Assembly (NCBI GenBank): GCA_963829545.1
Contig: CAWHIX010000008.1
Coordinates: forward strand, 28,274 to 92,273
Length of the DNA: 64,000 nucleotides
Reading direction: 5' to 3'
From: an uncultured Actinomycetes bacterium
Lineage (GTDB): Bacteria; Actinomycetota; Thermoleophilia; RBG-16-64-13
Positions 18,630 through 30,060 of the stretch are shown here, piece after piece (within the stretch, counting starts at the first letter, position 1; each line of letters begins with the position of its first letter). Under the pieces are notes generated by a model, which was given only the letters and a program-made list of their open reading frames with translations, had not been told where the DNA came from and ran no database searches. The translations under genes and the position numbers were made by a program.

Positions 18630-19643
18630 CTAACCGGTGCCCGAGTCGGTGTCGAACTCCAGGCTTTCGGAGGGGAGTATCTCCATCTGCACATCCATGC
18701 CGTAGAGTCGTCCGGCCAGGCTGTCCCGCAACGCTTCTTCGGCGGGTAGCGCGCCACTTCCCACCACGACGATCCTCATCGTCCCTTCCTTGGCCTCGGC
18801 GGAGACGTAGCGGTAGTCGGTGCCGTCTATCCAGACCTTCGTGGCCTGCGCAGCGCGGCTTTCGGCCAGGTTGTCGTGAGCGATCTGGACGCTGGTGAGC
18901 CCCAGAGGGGTGGCGATTATGATCACCATGACGGCGATGAGAACGACGGCCACACGTCGGGCCCGCAGCGACTTCTGGACCAGTGAGGCTCCTGGATACC
19001 CCATAAGCCCGAAGACCAGCGCGCCGGTGATCAGGATGGCGAAGTAGTTGGTGACGAAGAGAAGCAGGCTGCCGAGAGCGAGGTCGATGCGGCCGGCCGC
19101 AAGGAGAATGCCGACGTTGGTCAACGGGGGCACCAGCGAGATGGCGATAGCCACCCCCGGCAGGGTGTCGGAGACATCCTTCCGCCCCGTCGCGAACGCC
19201 CCGGCAAGTCCGGTGGCCAGCGCCGCCGCCAGATCCACCAGCCGTGGAGAAGTGCGGGCCATGATCTGCGAGTTGGAGGTGGGATCGAAGGCCTCGCCCA
19301 CGCTCTGGGCAAGAATGAAGCCTACGAGTACAGCAGTGGCCATGCCCGCCACCCCGACGAGGATCGAGCTCACGATGGCCCTCCGGTCGCCGATGCTGAT
19401 GCCGAAGGCCAGCCCCATGATGGGGAGCATCAAGGGGGCTACGATCATGGCGCCGATCACCGTGGCGACCGAGTCACCCAGGAGGCCGTAGGTGGCGATA
19501 GCCGAGGCAAGTATCAGGAGGGCCCCGAAGCGGATGAGCCGTCTTTGAAGGTCGGGAGGCTCGAACAAGAGCACGTCCCGAACCCGTGCGACCTCGCTCG
19601 CATCGAGCCGTCCTCCGTGCAGCAGATCTGCCAACTTCGACAT
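18630..19643 (-). CDS. DUF389 family membrane protein
   Basis: IATYGLL.DSVATVIGAMIVAPLM.PI, ARTSP, LPGVAIAISLVPPL. Confidence 0.9.
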   Translation of the reverse strand: MSKLADLLHGGRLDASEVARVRDVLLFEPPDLQRRLIRFGALLILASAIATYGLLGDSVATVIGAMIVAPLMLPIMGLAFGISIGDRRAIVSSILVGVAGMATAVLVGFILAQSVGEAFDPTSNSQIMARTSPRLVDLAAALATGLAGAFATGRKDVSDTLPGVAIAISLVPPLTNVGILLAAGRIDLALGSLLLFVTNYFAILITGALVFGLMGYPGASLVQKSLRARRVAVVLIAVMVIIIATPLGLTSVQIAHDNLAESRAAQATKVWIDGTDYRYVSAEAKEGTMRIVVVGSGALPAEEALRDSLAGRLYGMDVQMEILPSESLEFDTDSGTG

Positions 19644-19922
19644 CACTTCCCCTGGTCTAGCCGTGGATACCGTGCTCGGTACTGTCGAGCCACAAGTACG
19701 AGCAATCGCGATGGATTCCTGCCTCGTGCTGCCGGGCGCACATCCTCTCCTGGTGGCCAGTGTCAAGGCTGTCCCGCGGGGGGGCGACATCCCTCGTGCG
19801 CCCGGCATGATTGAGCCATGCACCGCCGGGCACTTTGGTTCTTGTCTGGGGGCGCGGCCGAGTGTGATAACCCGCAGCGGCGGGCACTACACAGACAGCA
19901 AGCTTCGGGTAAGGAGGTCGAG

Positions 19923-20670
19923 ATGGGCAAGGGTGGGATCATCGCCATCGTAGTGGTCGTAGCCGTGATCGTCCTCGCGGCCGTCTGGCTCGGTCTCGGC
20001 TTCGCGTTGAGTCAGTTCCACGGGCCCGGTGGTGACCGAGGAGCGCGAGGTGGCGGGCTTCAGCAAGGTCGACGTGAGCGGTGACGGCACGTTGGTCGTC
20101 GCGATGGGGGATGTGTCTGCGCTCCGCATCGAAGGGCCGGAGGACGTCATCGGCAGGATCGATACCAGTGTCCGCGGCGACACGCTGCACATCGGGCAGC
20201 GCCTGGGCTGGCTGCGCTTCGGCCCGTTCGGGTACACGGGGGATGTCATCTACTACCTGACCGCGCCCGAGCTGACGGGTATCGAACTGAGCGGAGCTAT
20301 CGACGTGCAGGGCGAGGCTGCCTTGGAGACCGGAGACTTGGCGATCGGATCTAGCGGCTCGTCCGTCATCGACCTCGATCTCCAGGTAGGTGTGTTGACG
20401 ATCGACACCTCAGGGTCGTCTGACGTGACACTGCGGGGGACTGCCGACGAGGCTGCGTACGGCATCAGCGGCTCAGCCGACATCAAGGCTCGAGACCTCA
20501 CGAGTCGGTCGGTGACGATCGACTGCAGCGGGTCGTCCAACATCGAGGTGAACGTCAGCGAGCAACTGACGGTACACGCGTCCGGGAGTTCCAACGTCTC
20601 TTACTTGGGCGACCCGGCGCTCGACACCGACATCTCGGGTTCGGGAGAGGTGAAGAAGCTCGAGGAGTAG
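19923..20670 (+). CDS. DUF2807/GIN-domain beta-helix protein with N-terminal anchor (indel ~20020)
   Basis: V.EEREV.GFS and repeated SGSS/SGSG turns; AAGGAGG RBS before ATG 19923. Confidence 0.82.
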
Positions 20671-20704
20671 CCGAGGACCAGGATCCGGCAGAAATGCTTT
20701 GAGG

Positions 20705-20742
20705 TCGGTGGGGCGCCGCGGCATGCCGCGGCGCCCCACCGA
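20705..20742. repeat. Perfect 38-bp palindrome (terminator/REP-like)
   Basis: TCGGTGGGGCGCCGCGGCATGCCGCGGCGCCCCACCGA equals its own reverse complement. Confidence 0.85.
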
Positions 20743-20918
20743 GTCGTCCGCGTCATCGGTGCGGGACTTACCCTAAGCTCTGTTTAGCGGTAGATTGGGG
20801 CAGCGGAGGTCAGTCGCCGAGCGGCCACACGAGTGGACGCACGCCATCCAGCGTGAGGGGACGGCGTGCGGTCGACAGGGGGAGCCTTGAGAAGCCCAGC
20901 GGAGAGAAGTCCCTGCAT

Positions 20919-22250
20919 ATGAACTTGCCCGGTCGCGGCCGACCTCGCTACTTCTACGGATATCTGAACAGCCTCTTCGTCGGCATCTCCCTCTTCCTGC
21001 TGGGCGGCGCCAACTATCTTCTGCCGGCTTTCTCCGGTTTCATGAAGGACGATCTGGGCTGGACGGCCACAGGCACGGGCGGAGCCTTCTCGGTCTACTA
21101 CGTGGTGTTCGGAGCGGTGACCTTCCTTGCGGGCAGTCTGGTGCTGCGCTTCGGGCCTCGGCTGCTTATCGCTGCGGGCGCCTTGGTGGTCGTGGTGACG
21201 AGCGTGCTTCTTTCCATGACCCAGGAGCTCTGGCAGTTCTACCTGTTGGCCGGCGTGTACGCGGTCGGGGTGGCCGGCGGCGGAGTGGTGACCGGACCCC
21301 AGTTGGCAGGCAATTGGTTACACAGACGCCGCGGCTTGGTCATCGGTCTGCTGTTGGCCGCCACGGGGCTGGGGGGGGCCTTCCTGACCTTGGTGGGCGA
21401 GCGCGTGATGGAGGCTTACGGCTCGTGGCGCCCCAGTTGGCTGGTCATTGCGGCCATCATGATGCTGTCGGTACTGCTGGCCGCCCTCTTCGTCCGCAAT
21501 CGGCCCGAAGAACTGGGGCAGTACATCGACGGGGTCAAGGATCCGGCCGAGCTGGCAGCGATGTCCGAGCGACGCTCCGGGGGAGCCTACAAGTCCCTGC
21601 ACGCCTGGACCATGGGCGAGGCCGCCCGTACTCCGACCCTGTGGCTCATCGTCCTGACCTTCGGCTTCAGCGACTACGTCTTCCTGGGGACTCTGTCTCA
21701 CCAGGTGACCTACCTCACGGGGGAAGCGGGCGTGTCGGCAAGCGCTGCGGCCGGCGCGCTGGCCCTCATGGTCGCCTTCATGGCCGTGGGCAAGGCCGGG
21801 GGAGGCTGGCTGGCCGATAAGGTCGAACCTCGCAAGACATTGGGACTCATGTCTCTCATGTTGGCGGCGGGTCTCCTCGTACTCTTGCTCTGGCATGCGA
21901 CACCCGCGCTCTATGTCTACGTCATCCTGCTGGGCGTGGGCTTCGGCGCCAGCATGGCGCAGACCTCAGCCACGCTCGCCAACTACTATGGGCGCAAGAA
22001 CCTGGCCAGCATCATGGGACTCGCCCACGGAACGGCAGCCCTGCTCGGCGCCCTCAGCACCACTCTCACCGGCGTGATCGCCGACCAGGCGGGGAGCTAC
22101 GTGCCCGCCTTCATCGTCATGCTGATCCTGGCCGTGGCCGGAGCCGTTTGCGCCTTCCTGGCGCCCATCCCTCGGCGCAAGGAGGGCGAGGTGACTACTA
22201 CCGTGGGCCAGATTCGTGAAAGGAGCGCAGTCGATGGCAAAGCATCCTGA
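20919..22250 (+). CDS. MFS transporter (OFA/MCT-like; start uncertain)
   Basis: RFGPR, NW..RRGL..G, GWLADK, YYGRKN; about 12 TM helices. Confidence 0.88.
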   Translation: MNLPGRGRPRYFYGYLNSLFVGISLFLLGGANYLLPAFSGFMKDDLGWTATGTGGAFSVYYVVFGAVTFLAGSLVLRFGPRLLIAAGALVVVVTSVLLSMTQELWQFYLLAGVYAVGVAGGGVVTGPQLAGNWLHRRRGLVIGLLLAATGLGGAFLTLVGERVMEAYGSWRPSWLVIAAIMMLSVLLAALFVRNRPEELGQYIDGVKDPAELAAMSERRSGGAYKSLHAWTMGEAARTPTLWLIVLTFGFSDYVFLGTLSHQVTYLTGEAGVSASAAAGALALMVAFMAVGKAGGGWLADKVEPRKTLGLMSLMLAAGLLVLLLWHATPALYVYVILLGVGFGASMAQTSATLANYYGRKNLASIMGLAHGTAALLGALSTTLTGVIADQAGSYVPAFIVMLILAVAGAVCAFLAPIPRRKEGEVTTTVGQIRERSAVDGKAS

Positions 22251-23991
22251 CGACTTGATCTTCGTCCCGCCAGTCCCTCTCTCCGAGAGCGGCTATCCCG
22301 GTCTCCGGCCACGAACGGAACGCGCTCGGGGGATGGTGATCGAGTACGACGTGGCCGTCCCCATGCGCGATGGGATCACGATCTACGCCGATGTCTACCG
22401 CCCCGACCGGCCGGGCCGCTTCCCTCCGCTGCTGCAATGGGGCCCCTACGGCAAGCACGGCGCGACCTTCTACAACTTCCTGGGCAACTGCCTGGTCAAC
22501 GACGAGGACTTCAACGAGTTCTGTAGGTTCGAGGCGGGTGATCCCGTCTACTGGTGCCGCAACGGCTTCGCCATCGTCAATGTCGACTCCCGGGGCTCCT
22601 GGTCGTCCGAGGGCGACCTCACCTGGATGAGCGAGCAGGAAGCCGAAGACATGTACGACACCATCGAGTGGGCGGGGACCCGCGAGTGGAGCAACGGCAA
22701 GGTGGGAATGCAGGGAGTGTCCTATCTCGCCTGGAGCCAATGGAGGGCGGCGGCGGCCCAGCCACCTCATCTCGCCGCCATAAACCCCTGGGAAGGGGTG
22801 AGCGACTTCTATCGTGAACTGGCCTTCCACGGGGGCATCCCGGAGACGCTCTTCTGTACCATGTGGCAGAGCAACGTCCATTACTCCACAACCCGCGTGG
22901 AGGACTTCCTGGCCATGCAGGACCTCCATCCTGTCTTCGACGAGTACTGGGCGGGGAAGAACGCCGATCTCTCCAAGATCACGGTTCCCGCTCTCGTCGT
23001 GGCCTCGTGGACGGATCATGGACTGCACACCCGCGGCACAATCGAGGGCTTCAGGCAGATGTCGTCGGCGGACAAGTGGCTCATCGTTCACGGACGCAAG
23101 AAATGGTGGCACTTCTACCTGCCCGAGAACGTGGAGAGGCAGCGGCAGTTCTTCAGCCGCTTCCTCAAGGGCATCGACAACCACGTCAAGGACTGGCCCC
23201 GGGTGACCATCGAGGTCCGAGAGAAGTACTACGTGGGCGAGACCCGCACCGAGAACGAGTGGCCCATCGCTCGGACCGAGTACATCAGGTACTTCCTCGA
23301 CGCCGCCGGCGGGAGCCTTAGCGTCACTCCTCCGGCGGAGGAAACGGTGGCTCGATACAACGCGGACCGCGTCTACGATCAGGACCCCACCCAGTGCAGC
23401 CCTTACTTCCTGGAGGGCCTGCGGCAGGTACAGTGCTCACCATCCGCGGCGACGCGGCTGCCGAGCGAGCCCACGCGAGCCACGTTCGAGATGGAGTTCC
23501 CCGAACGCACCGAGCTCACGGGCTACATGAACCTCCGGCTTTGGGTGCAGGCAGACGGCAGCGACGATCTCGACCTCTTCGTGGCCCTGGAGAAGATCGA
23601 TCGGGCGGGTTATCTCGTCCCGCTGGCTTTCTTCGGCAACCACGACGACGGCCCCGTCGCTCTGGGCTGGCTGCGCGCCTCGCATCGCGAACTGGACGAG
23701 GAGAAGTCGACGCCCTGGCAGCCGATCCACAAGCATGCCCGCGAACTCAAGCTGGCTCCGGGTGAGATCGTGCCCCTTGACATCGAGATCCTGCCCACCA
23801 GCATCCTGTTCGAGAAGGGGGAGAGGCTCCGTTTGGTCGTGCAGGGCAGTGACATCTATTGGTACCCTACCGAGGGCCATACCAACGGGCACCTCCATAC
23901 GGTCAACAAAGGGGATCACGTGCTCCATACGGGAGGGCGATACGAGTCGTTTCTCCTGGTTCCCGTGATCCCGCCTCGGCAGGCGACGTAG
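22234..23991 (+). CDS. CocE/NonD family serine hydrolase
   Basis: VPMRDG..IYADVYRP, PYGK, DSRG...SEG, WSNGKVGM.GVSYLA. Confidence 0.93.
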   Translation: MAKHPDDLIFVPPVPLSESGYPGLRPRTERARGMVIEYDVAVPMRDGITIYADVYRPDRPGRFPPLLQWGPYGKHGATFYNFLGNCLVNDEDFNEFCRFEAGDPVYWCRNGFAIVNVDSRGSWSSEGDLTWMSEQEAEDMYDTIEWAGTREWSNGKVGMQGVSYLAWSQWRAAAAQPPHLAAINPWEGVSDFYRELAFHGGIPETLFCTMWQSNVHYSTTRVEDFLAMQDLHPVFDEYWAGKNADLSKITVPALVVASWTDHGLHTRGTIEGFRQMSSADKWLIVHGRKKWWHFYLPENVERQRQFFSRFLKGIDNHVKDWPRVTIEVREKYYVGETRTENEWPIARTEYIRYFLDAAGGSLSVTPPAEETVARYNADRVYDQDPTQCSPYFLEGLRQVQCSPSAATRLPSEPTRATFEMEFPERTELTGYMNLRLWVQADGSDDLDLFVALEKIDRAGYLVPLAFFGNHDDGPVALGWLRASHRELDEEKSTPWQPIHKHARELKLAPGEIVPLDIEILPTSILFEKGERLRLVVQGSDIYWYPTEGHTNGHLHTVNKGDHVLHTGGRYESFLLVPVIPPRQAT

Positions 23992-24051
23992 TCCGCCGGG
24001 CCATGGCCTAGGGCGCCGAGAAAGGCCCGAGCGGCCGGAAAGGAAGGCTTC

Positions 24052-25518
<1,467 letters not shown>

Positions 25519-25647
25519 GGGCGCCGCGGCGCCCGCGAATTCGTCGAATACTGGATGCTCGAGGACCAGGACGCGGCGGCGGCTTCGCCGCTGCCGCGCT
25601 CAGTCCCGTCGGGAGCCGGCGTGGCTACCGGCGGGCAGAGACCGGCA

Positions 25648-26556
25648 TCACGGTGGGCACTTGGCGCAGATGGACCTGAACTGCATGGTGCTCAGGTAGC
25701 GGTCTCCCCGGTCGGGCAGGATGACCACGATGGTGCCGTGGTCGATCATCTTTGCCAGACGCAGGGCCACGGCCACCGCCGCGCCGGCTGAAGTGCCCAC
25801 GAACAGGCCTTCCTTCACCGCCAGGAGCTTGGTCGCCTCAAGCGCCTCACCGTCCTCGACCATCTCCTTGAGGTCCAGTTCCTCGGGGTTGTATATGCCG
25901 GGGACCATGGACTCGGTCATGTTCTTGAGGCCCTGGATGGTATGGCCCATGACCGGCTCCACCCCGACGACCTTGACCGACGGCTTCACGGACTTCAGGT
26001 AACGGCCGGTGCCCATCAGCGTGCCCGTCGTGCCCATCCCTGCCACGAAGTAGTCCACCTCCCCAGCGGTCTGCCGGAAGATCTCGGGGCCCGTGGTCTC
26101 GAAATGGGCCAGCACGTTGGCCTCGTTGTCGTACTGGTTGGGCATGAAGTACTTGTCCGGGGCATCGTGCATGAGGCGATGGGCGTAGCGGATGGCGCCG
26201 TCGATGTTCTCCTTGGCCGGGGTGAGGAAGACGTGCGATCCGAGCCCCTCCAGAATGAGCCGCCGCTCCGTGCTCACGCACTCGGGCATGCAGAGTTGCA
26301 CCTCATAGCCTTTGGCGGCGCCGATCATGGCGATGGCGATGCCGGTGTTGCCCGAAGTGGGCTCCAGGATGGTCTTGTCCTTGGTCAGATCACCGCTTTC
26401 CTCGGCTTTGGTGATCATGTAGAGAGCCGGGCGGTCCTTGACCGATCCCCCGGGGTTACAGCCCTCGAGCTTGCACAGGATCCTGGCGTTCGCGTTGGGC
26501 CTCATGTTGCCCAACTCCACGAGAGGTGTATTGCCGATCGCCTGCAGCAGATTCAT
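25648..26556 (-). CDS. cysM: Cysteine synthase family protein (CysM-like)
   Basis: IGNTPLV, NPGGSVKDR, EPTSGNTG, GMGTTGT, PDRGDRYLS; C-terminal ICAKCPP. Confidence 0.88.
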   Translation of the reverse strand: MNLLQAIGNTPLVELGNMRPNANARILCKLEGCNPGGSVKDRPALYMITKAEESGDLTKDKTILEPTSGNTGIAIAMIGAAKGYEVQLCMPECVSTERRLILEGLGSHVFLTPAKENIDGAIRYAHRLMHDAPDKYFMPNQYDNEANVLAHFETTGPEIFRQTAGEVDYFVAGMGTTGTLMGTGRYLKSVKPSVKVVGVEPVMGHTIQGLKNMTESMVPGIYNPEELDLKEMVEDGEALEATKLLAVKEGLFVGTSAGAAVAVALRLAKMIDHGTIVVILPDRGDRYLSTMQFRSICAKCPP

Positions 26557-26688
26557 GACCGAGATGTTAGCAGGTCGCGCAGGAGAGGCTTCGGCCCAGA
26601 ACTGCGAGGGAGCGCCGGCTGAATAGCTTGGCGCCCGTCGGCGTGGCCGGCGAAACGAGCGAGGTCCCGGCAGTCGCGATTGAGTCTC

Positions 26689-26919
26689 CTACGCGGCGGC
26701 TTGGAGAACCATCCCGTCGTCGCACCTGATCTCGGCGCCGCAGCTCAAGCACGACAGCGCAGGCTGCTCCTGAGCGTCGCTTGAGGGGGATAGGGATGCG
26801 CCGCAGCAGAAACAAGGGCTGGTGGGACACTGGGCCCCGACGAAGTCCCCGAGCGTGGGTCCGAAAGCTTGAAGATCGGCCTGTGCTCGGGCATCCAGTT
26901 CCGTGGTCGAAGTTCTCAC
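26689..26919 (-). CDS. Small zinc-ribbon-like protein (76 aa)
   Basis: GGGAGGT RBS then GTG; CFCCG...CLSCGAEI double knuckle. Confidence 0.6.
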   Translation of the reverse strand: MRTSTTELDARAQADLQAFGPTLGDFVGAQCPTSPCFCCGASLSPSSDAQEQPALSCLSCGAEIRCDDGMVLQAAA

Positions 26920-27070
26920 GACACCTCCCTTTTTCGAGAGGACCCTGTCACTGGAAACGACGTTACCGGGGCTGCGGTCGTTCCACGTAACAGCAAGGAA
27001 ACGGGAACGCAAAATCGGCGCAAGCACAGCGCCCTGATGGAAGGGGATGAGTCGCAACCACCGAAGGGGG

Positions 27071-27502
27071 CTACTCGACGGTCACCGTCGCCTTCATGAA
27101 CGGGTGCGGAGTGCAGTGGTAAGGATAGGTCCCCGGGGTGTCGAAGGTGAAGGTGTACGACTCTCCCTTGGACAGCAGGGGCCCCTCGAAGGCCCCGTCG
27201 TCGGCCGCCGCGTTGTGCTGGACGGCGTCTTCGTTGGTCCAGGTCACGGATTCACCTGCCTTGATGGTGATGTCGGCCGGCTCGTACTTGTAGTCGGAGA
27301 TGACGATCTGGGCTCCCTCCGGCTGACCCTGGCCGCTGGTGGAGCTCGTAGCCGCGGTGGTATCGGTGACGCCGGCCGAGGTGGTGGTCTCGTCGCTGCC
27401 GCCGCAGGCGACCAGTAGAAGTGAGCTGAGCAGTGACAGCAGTACCACCAGCCCGAGAACCCGAACCGGCAGCCAAGACCGTGTGTTTCTGAGCTTGGAC
27501 AC
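27071..27502 (-). CDS. Cupredoxin (plastocyanin/amicyanin-like) lipoprotein
   Basis: LVAC lipobox; VTWTN.D...HN and YPYHCTPHPFM type-1 Cu ligands. Confidence 0.9.
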   Translation of the reverse strand: MSKLRNTRSWLPVRVLGLVVLLSLLSSLLLVACGGSDETTTSAGVTDTTAATSSTSGQGQPEGAQIVISDYKYEPADITIKAGESVTWTNEDAVQHNAAADDGAFEGPLLSKGESYTFTFDTPGTYPYHCTPHPFMKATVTVE

Positions 27503-27558
27503 GATGCCTTTCCCCTCTCCAGTGTCGTTCCGTGCTGTAAGCGTTATGCCCCGAGGGC

Positions 27559-27947
27559 TCAGACGTGAATCCTCACATACAGATGGATTCCCAGGATGAG
27601 GGTCACCGCCCACAAGATGGCGGCCGTGCGCATGATGGCCTTGAAGCCCCAGTTCGTCTTGATCACGCCCTCGAACACCAGGTTGACGTAGATGAAGAGA
27701 AAGATCACGAGCAGACCCAGCGAGTGGTGGACGATGCCTCGGTCGTCAGTAGACGCAACGGGGGTGGCTCGCGGACGAAATCGACCAGGGGCCAGGTCAT
27801 CGCCCGGATAATGGACAGGATCTCGATGGCGATGACAGTGCGCATCACCCGGCAGTGCCAGCGTAGCTTGTGCCTGCGGGCGAGGAAGTACGCGACGATC
27901 ACGCCCACCGTCAGCAGGATCTGGACGATCAGATTGGCTAGAGCCAT
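27559..27947 (-). CDS. Small 4-TM His-containing membrane protein (DUF420-like), indel ~27737
   Basis: The N-terminal half has RRHK..WH..VM. A shifted frame continues HHSLGLLVIFLFIYV...LWAVTLILGIHLYVRIHV*. Confidence 0.6.
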
Positions 27948-28048
27948 GTTCCCTCCCCGCTCGATGATATCAGCCCCGCGAAGCGGCTCTTCGGCTCATC
28001 CAAGGCTCCGGCCATGACCGATCGTCCTGATATAGTCTCTCCTTGATC

Positions 28049-29026
28049 ATGCAGGCGGCCATCGTCACAGAGAAACTCAGCAAGGCCTATGGCCGACGCC
28101 TGGGCATCGCGGACCTCGATCTGGAGGTCCGGCCGGGAGAGATATTCGGCTTCATCGGCCCGAACGGGGCCGGCAAGACCACCACCATCCGGTTGCTGCT
28201 GGGCCTCATCCGTCCCACCGGTGGCCGGGCCATGGTGTTGGGGCGTGATGCCCGACGAGAGAGCGTGGCCGTGCATCGCTCCATCGGCTACCTGCCGGGT
28301 GACTTCGGGCTCGACGTGCGGATGACCGGCCGTCAGCTCATCCGCTACTTCAGCCGCCTGCGCGCCGACGACGGCGGCGGCGGTGCGGCGCCTGCTACGG
28401 GACAGTCAGCGCTCGGGCCCGGGCGGCCGGCCTCGCGGACGTCGGCTTCCGAGGCGTCGGCTCAGGAGTTGGCAGATCGCCTGGGGCTCGACCTCGACGT
28501 GCCCATGGGCCGTCTCAGCCGCGGCAACCGGCAGAAGATCGCTCTGGTCCAGGCCCTCTACCATCGGCCGCCGCTGCTGATCCTCGACGAACCCTCCACC
28601 GGTCTTGACCCCCTCGTGCAGGACACCTTCTTGCAGATCCTGCGCGAAGCCCGCGACGAGGGGCGCACGGTCTTCCTTTCCTCGCACGTGCTCAGCGAGG
28701 TCGAGCGGGTGTGCGACCGGGTGGGCATCGTGCGCGCCGGCCGGCTGGCGGCGCTGGAGACCACCGATTCGCTCCTCGAGAAGCGCCGGAAGCGTGTCTC
28801 CCTGGTCTTCGCGGCCCCCGTGGACGCCTCCCTGTTCGCGGCCCTTCCCGGCGTGAGCGACGTGTGGGTCGAGGGCCCTCGGCTCTCACTGCGTCTTCAC
28901 GACGGTATCGACGCCGTCATCAAACTCGCCTCGCGTCATACCGTCCTCGACATGGTCGTGGAGAACCCCACGCTGGACGAGGTCTTCATGAGCTACTACG
29001 ACGAGGGCCGGCCATGGCAGGCCTAG
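28049..29026 (+). CDS. ABC transporter ATP-binding protein (ABC-2 exporter type)
   Basis: GPNGAGKTT, LSRGNRQK, ILDEP, SSH. Confidence 0.93.
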   Translation: MQAAIVTEKLSKAYGRRLGIADLDLEVRPGEIFGFIGPNGAGKTTTIRLLLGLIRPTGGRAMVLGRDARRESVAVHRSIGYLPGDFGLDVRMTGRQLIRYFSRLRADDGGGGAAPATGQSALGPGRPASRTSASEASAQELADRLGLDLDVPMGRLSRGNRQKIALVQALYHRPPLLILDEPSTGLDPLVQDTFLQILREARDEGRTVFLSSHVLSEVERVCDRVGIVRAGRLAALETTDSLLEKRRKRVSLVFAAPVDASLFAALPGVSDVWVEGPRLSLRLHDGIDAVIKLASRHTVLDMVVENPTLDEVFMSYYDEGRPWQA

Positions 29027-29815
29027 GCGGCGTGTGGACGCTGGCGTCCCATCAGCTCCGGGGCCGCCTGCGCCAGATCATCATTTGGGGCGTCGTTCTC
29101 GGTGCCCTGGGTGCCCTCTACGTAGCCCTCTTCCCCTCCATGGGGGGCATGCTGGAGGAGTACATGTCCGAGGCGCCGGAGCAGATGCAGCAGTACATAG
29201 GTTCCACGGGGGGAGAGCTCACCATCGAACAGTGGCTGGAGATGGAGTTCTTCAACGGCATCATCCCGCTGGCGCTGCCCTTCTTCATGATGGTCATCGG
29301 CGCCAAGGCCATCGCCGGCAGCGAGGAACGGAAGACCCTCGACCTGCTCCTCAGCAACCCGGTGCCGCGCTGGCAGGTGGTGGTGGGTGCTCTGCTGACC
29401 ATGGTCCTGGCCTTGGCCGGAGTACTTGCCATCACGTGGCTGCTCACCTATATCGCCGTGCCTGCGGCGGGGGTGGAACTCAACCCGGGCAGGCTGGCGC
29501 AGGGATTGGTCACACTCCTGCCCTTCTGCCTCTTCTTCGGCTCGCTCGCTCTCCTCGTGTCGGCACTCGTCCGCAAGGCAGCTTTGGCCATCGTCATCCC
29601 GGGAGTCGTCCTGGTGGGGATGTACGTCGTCGACGCCCTCGGCCAGGTCTCAAAGTCGATCGAGCCTCTGCGCGTGCTGACGCTTCAGCATCATCTGGGG
29701 GGCTCGCTGGGCTCGGATTTCCCCTGGACGGCGTTCTTGGTCTACGCTACTGGTAGTGTGCGTGCTCGGAGTCGCGGCTGCCGTGGCCTTCGCGCGCAGG
29801 GACATATACACGTAG
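29014..29815 (+). CDS. ABC-2 type permease (indel ~29745)
   Basis: AG.EERKTLDLLLSNPV.R; the FARRD C-terminal motif is in a shifted frame. Confidence 0.85.
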
Positions 29816-30060
29816 AGGGACTCGCCGGCCCGATCACCGGGGCTCGCGGCTGCCGCCACCAACAAGAGGAGCCCTGCGCTCTCCGACGAGGCTTGCCGGA
29901 GGCGTGCCTCGGAGGAGAGGGCAGGGCGACGACTGTTCCGCCCGGGGTGCTTGGTGTGACACAATATTCAGGCCTGCAGGCGCGCCCCGAGGCGCTACCG
30001 GTGGCCGTTCGAGGTGTTCAGGGTGATACTGGCAAGTAAGAGACGCGATTGTCGGGAGAG

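Noticed and set aside
29871-29927. Long imperfect hairpin upstream of serA as a T-box or attenuator
   Set aside because: No T-box motif or leader peptide; more simply the 3' hairpin of the upstream ABC operon.
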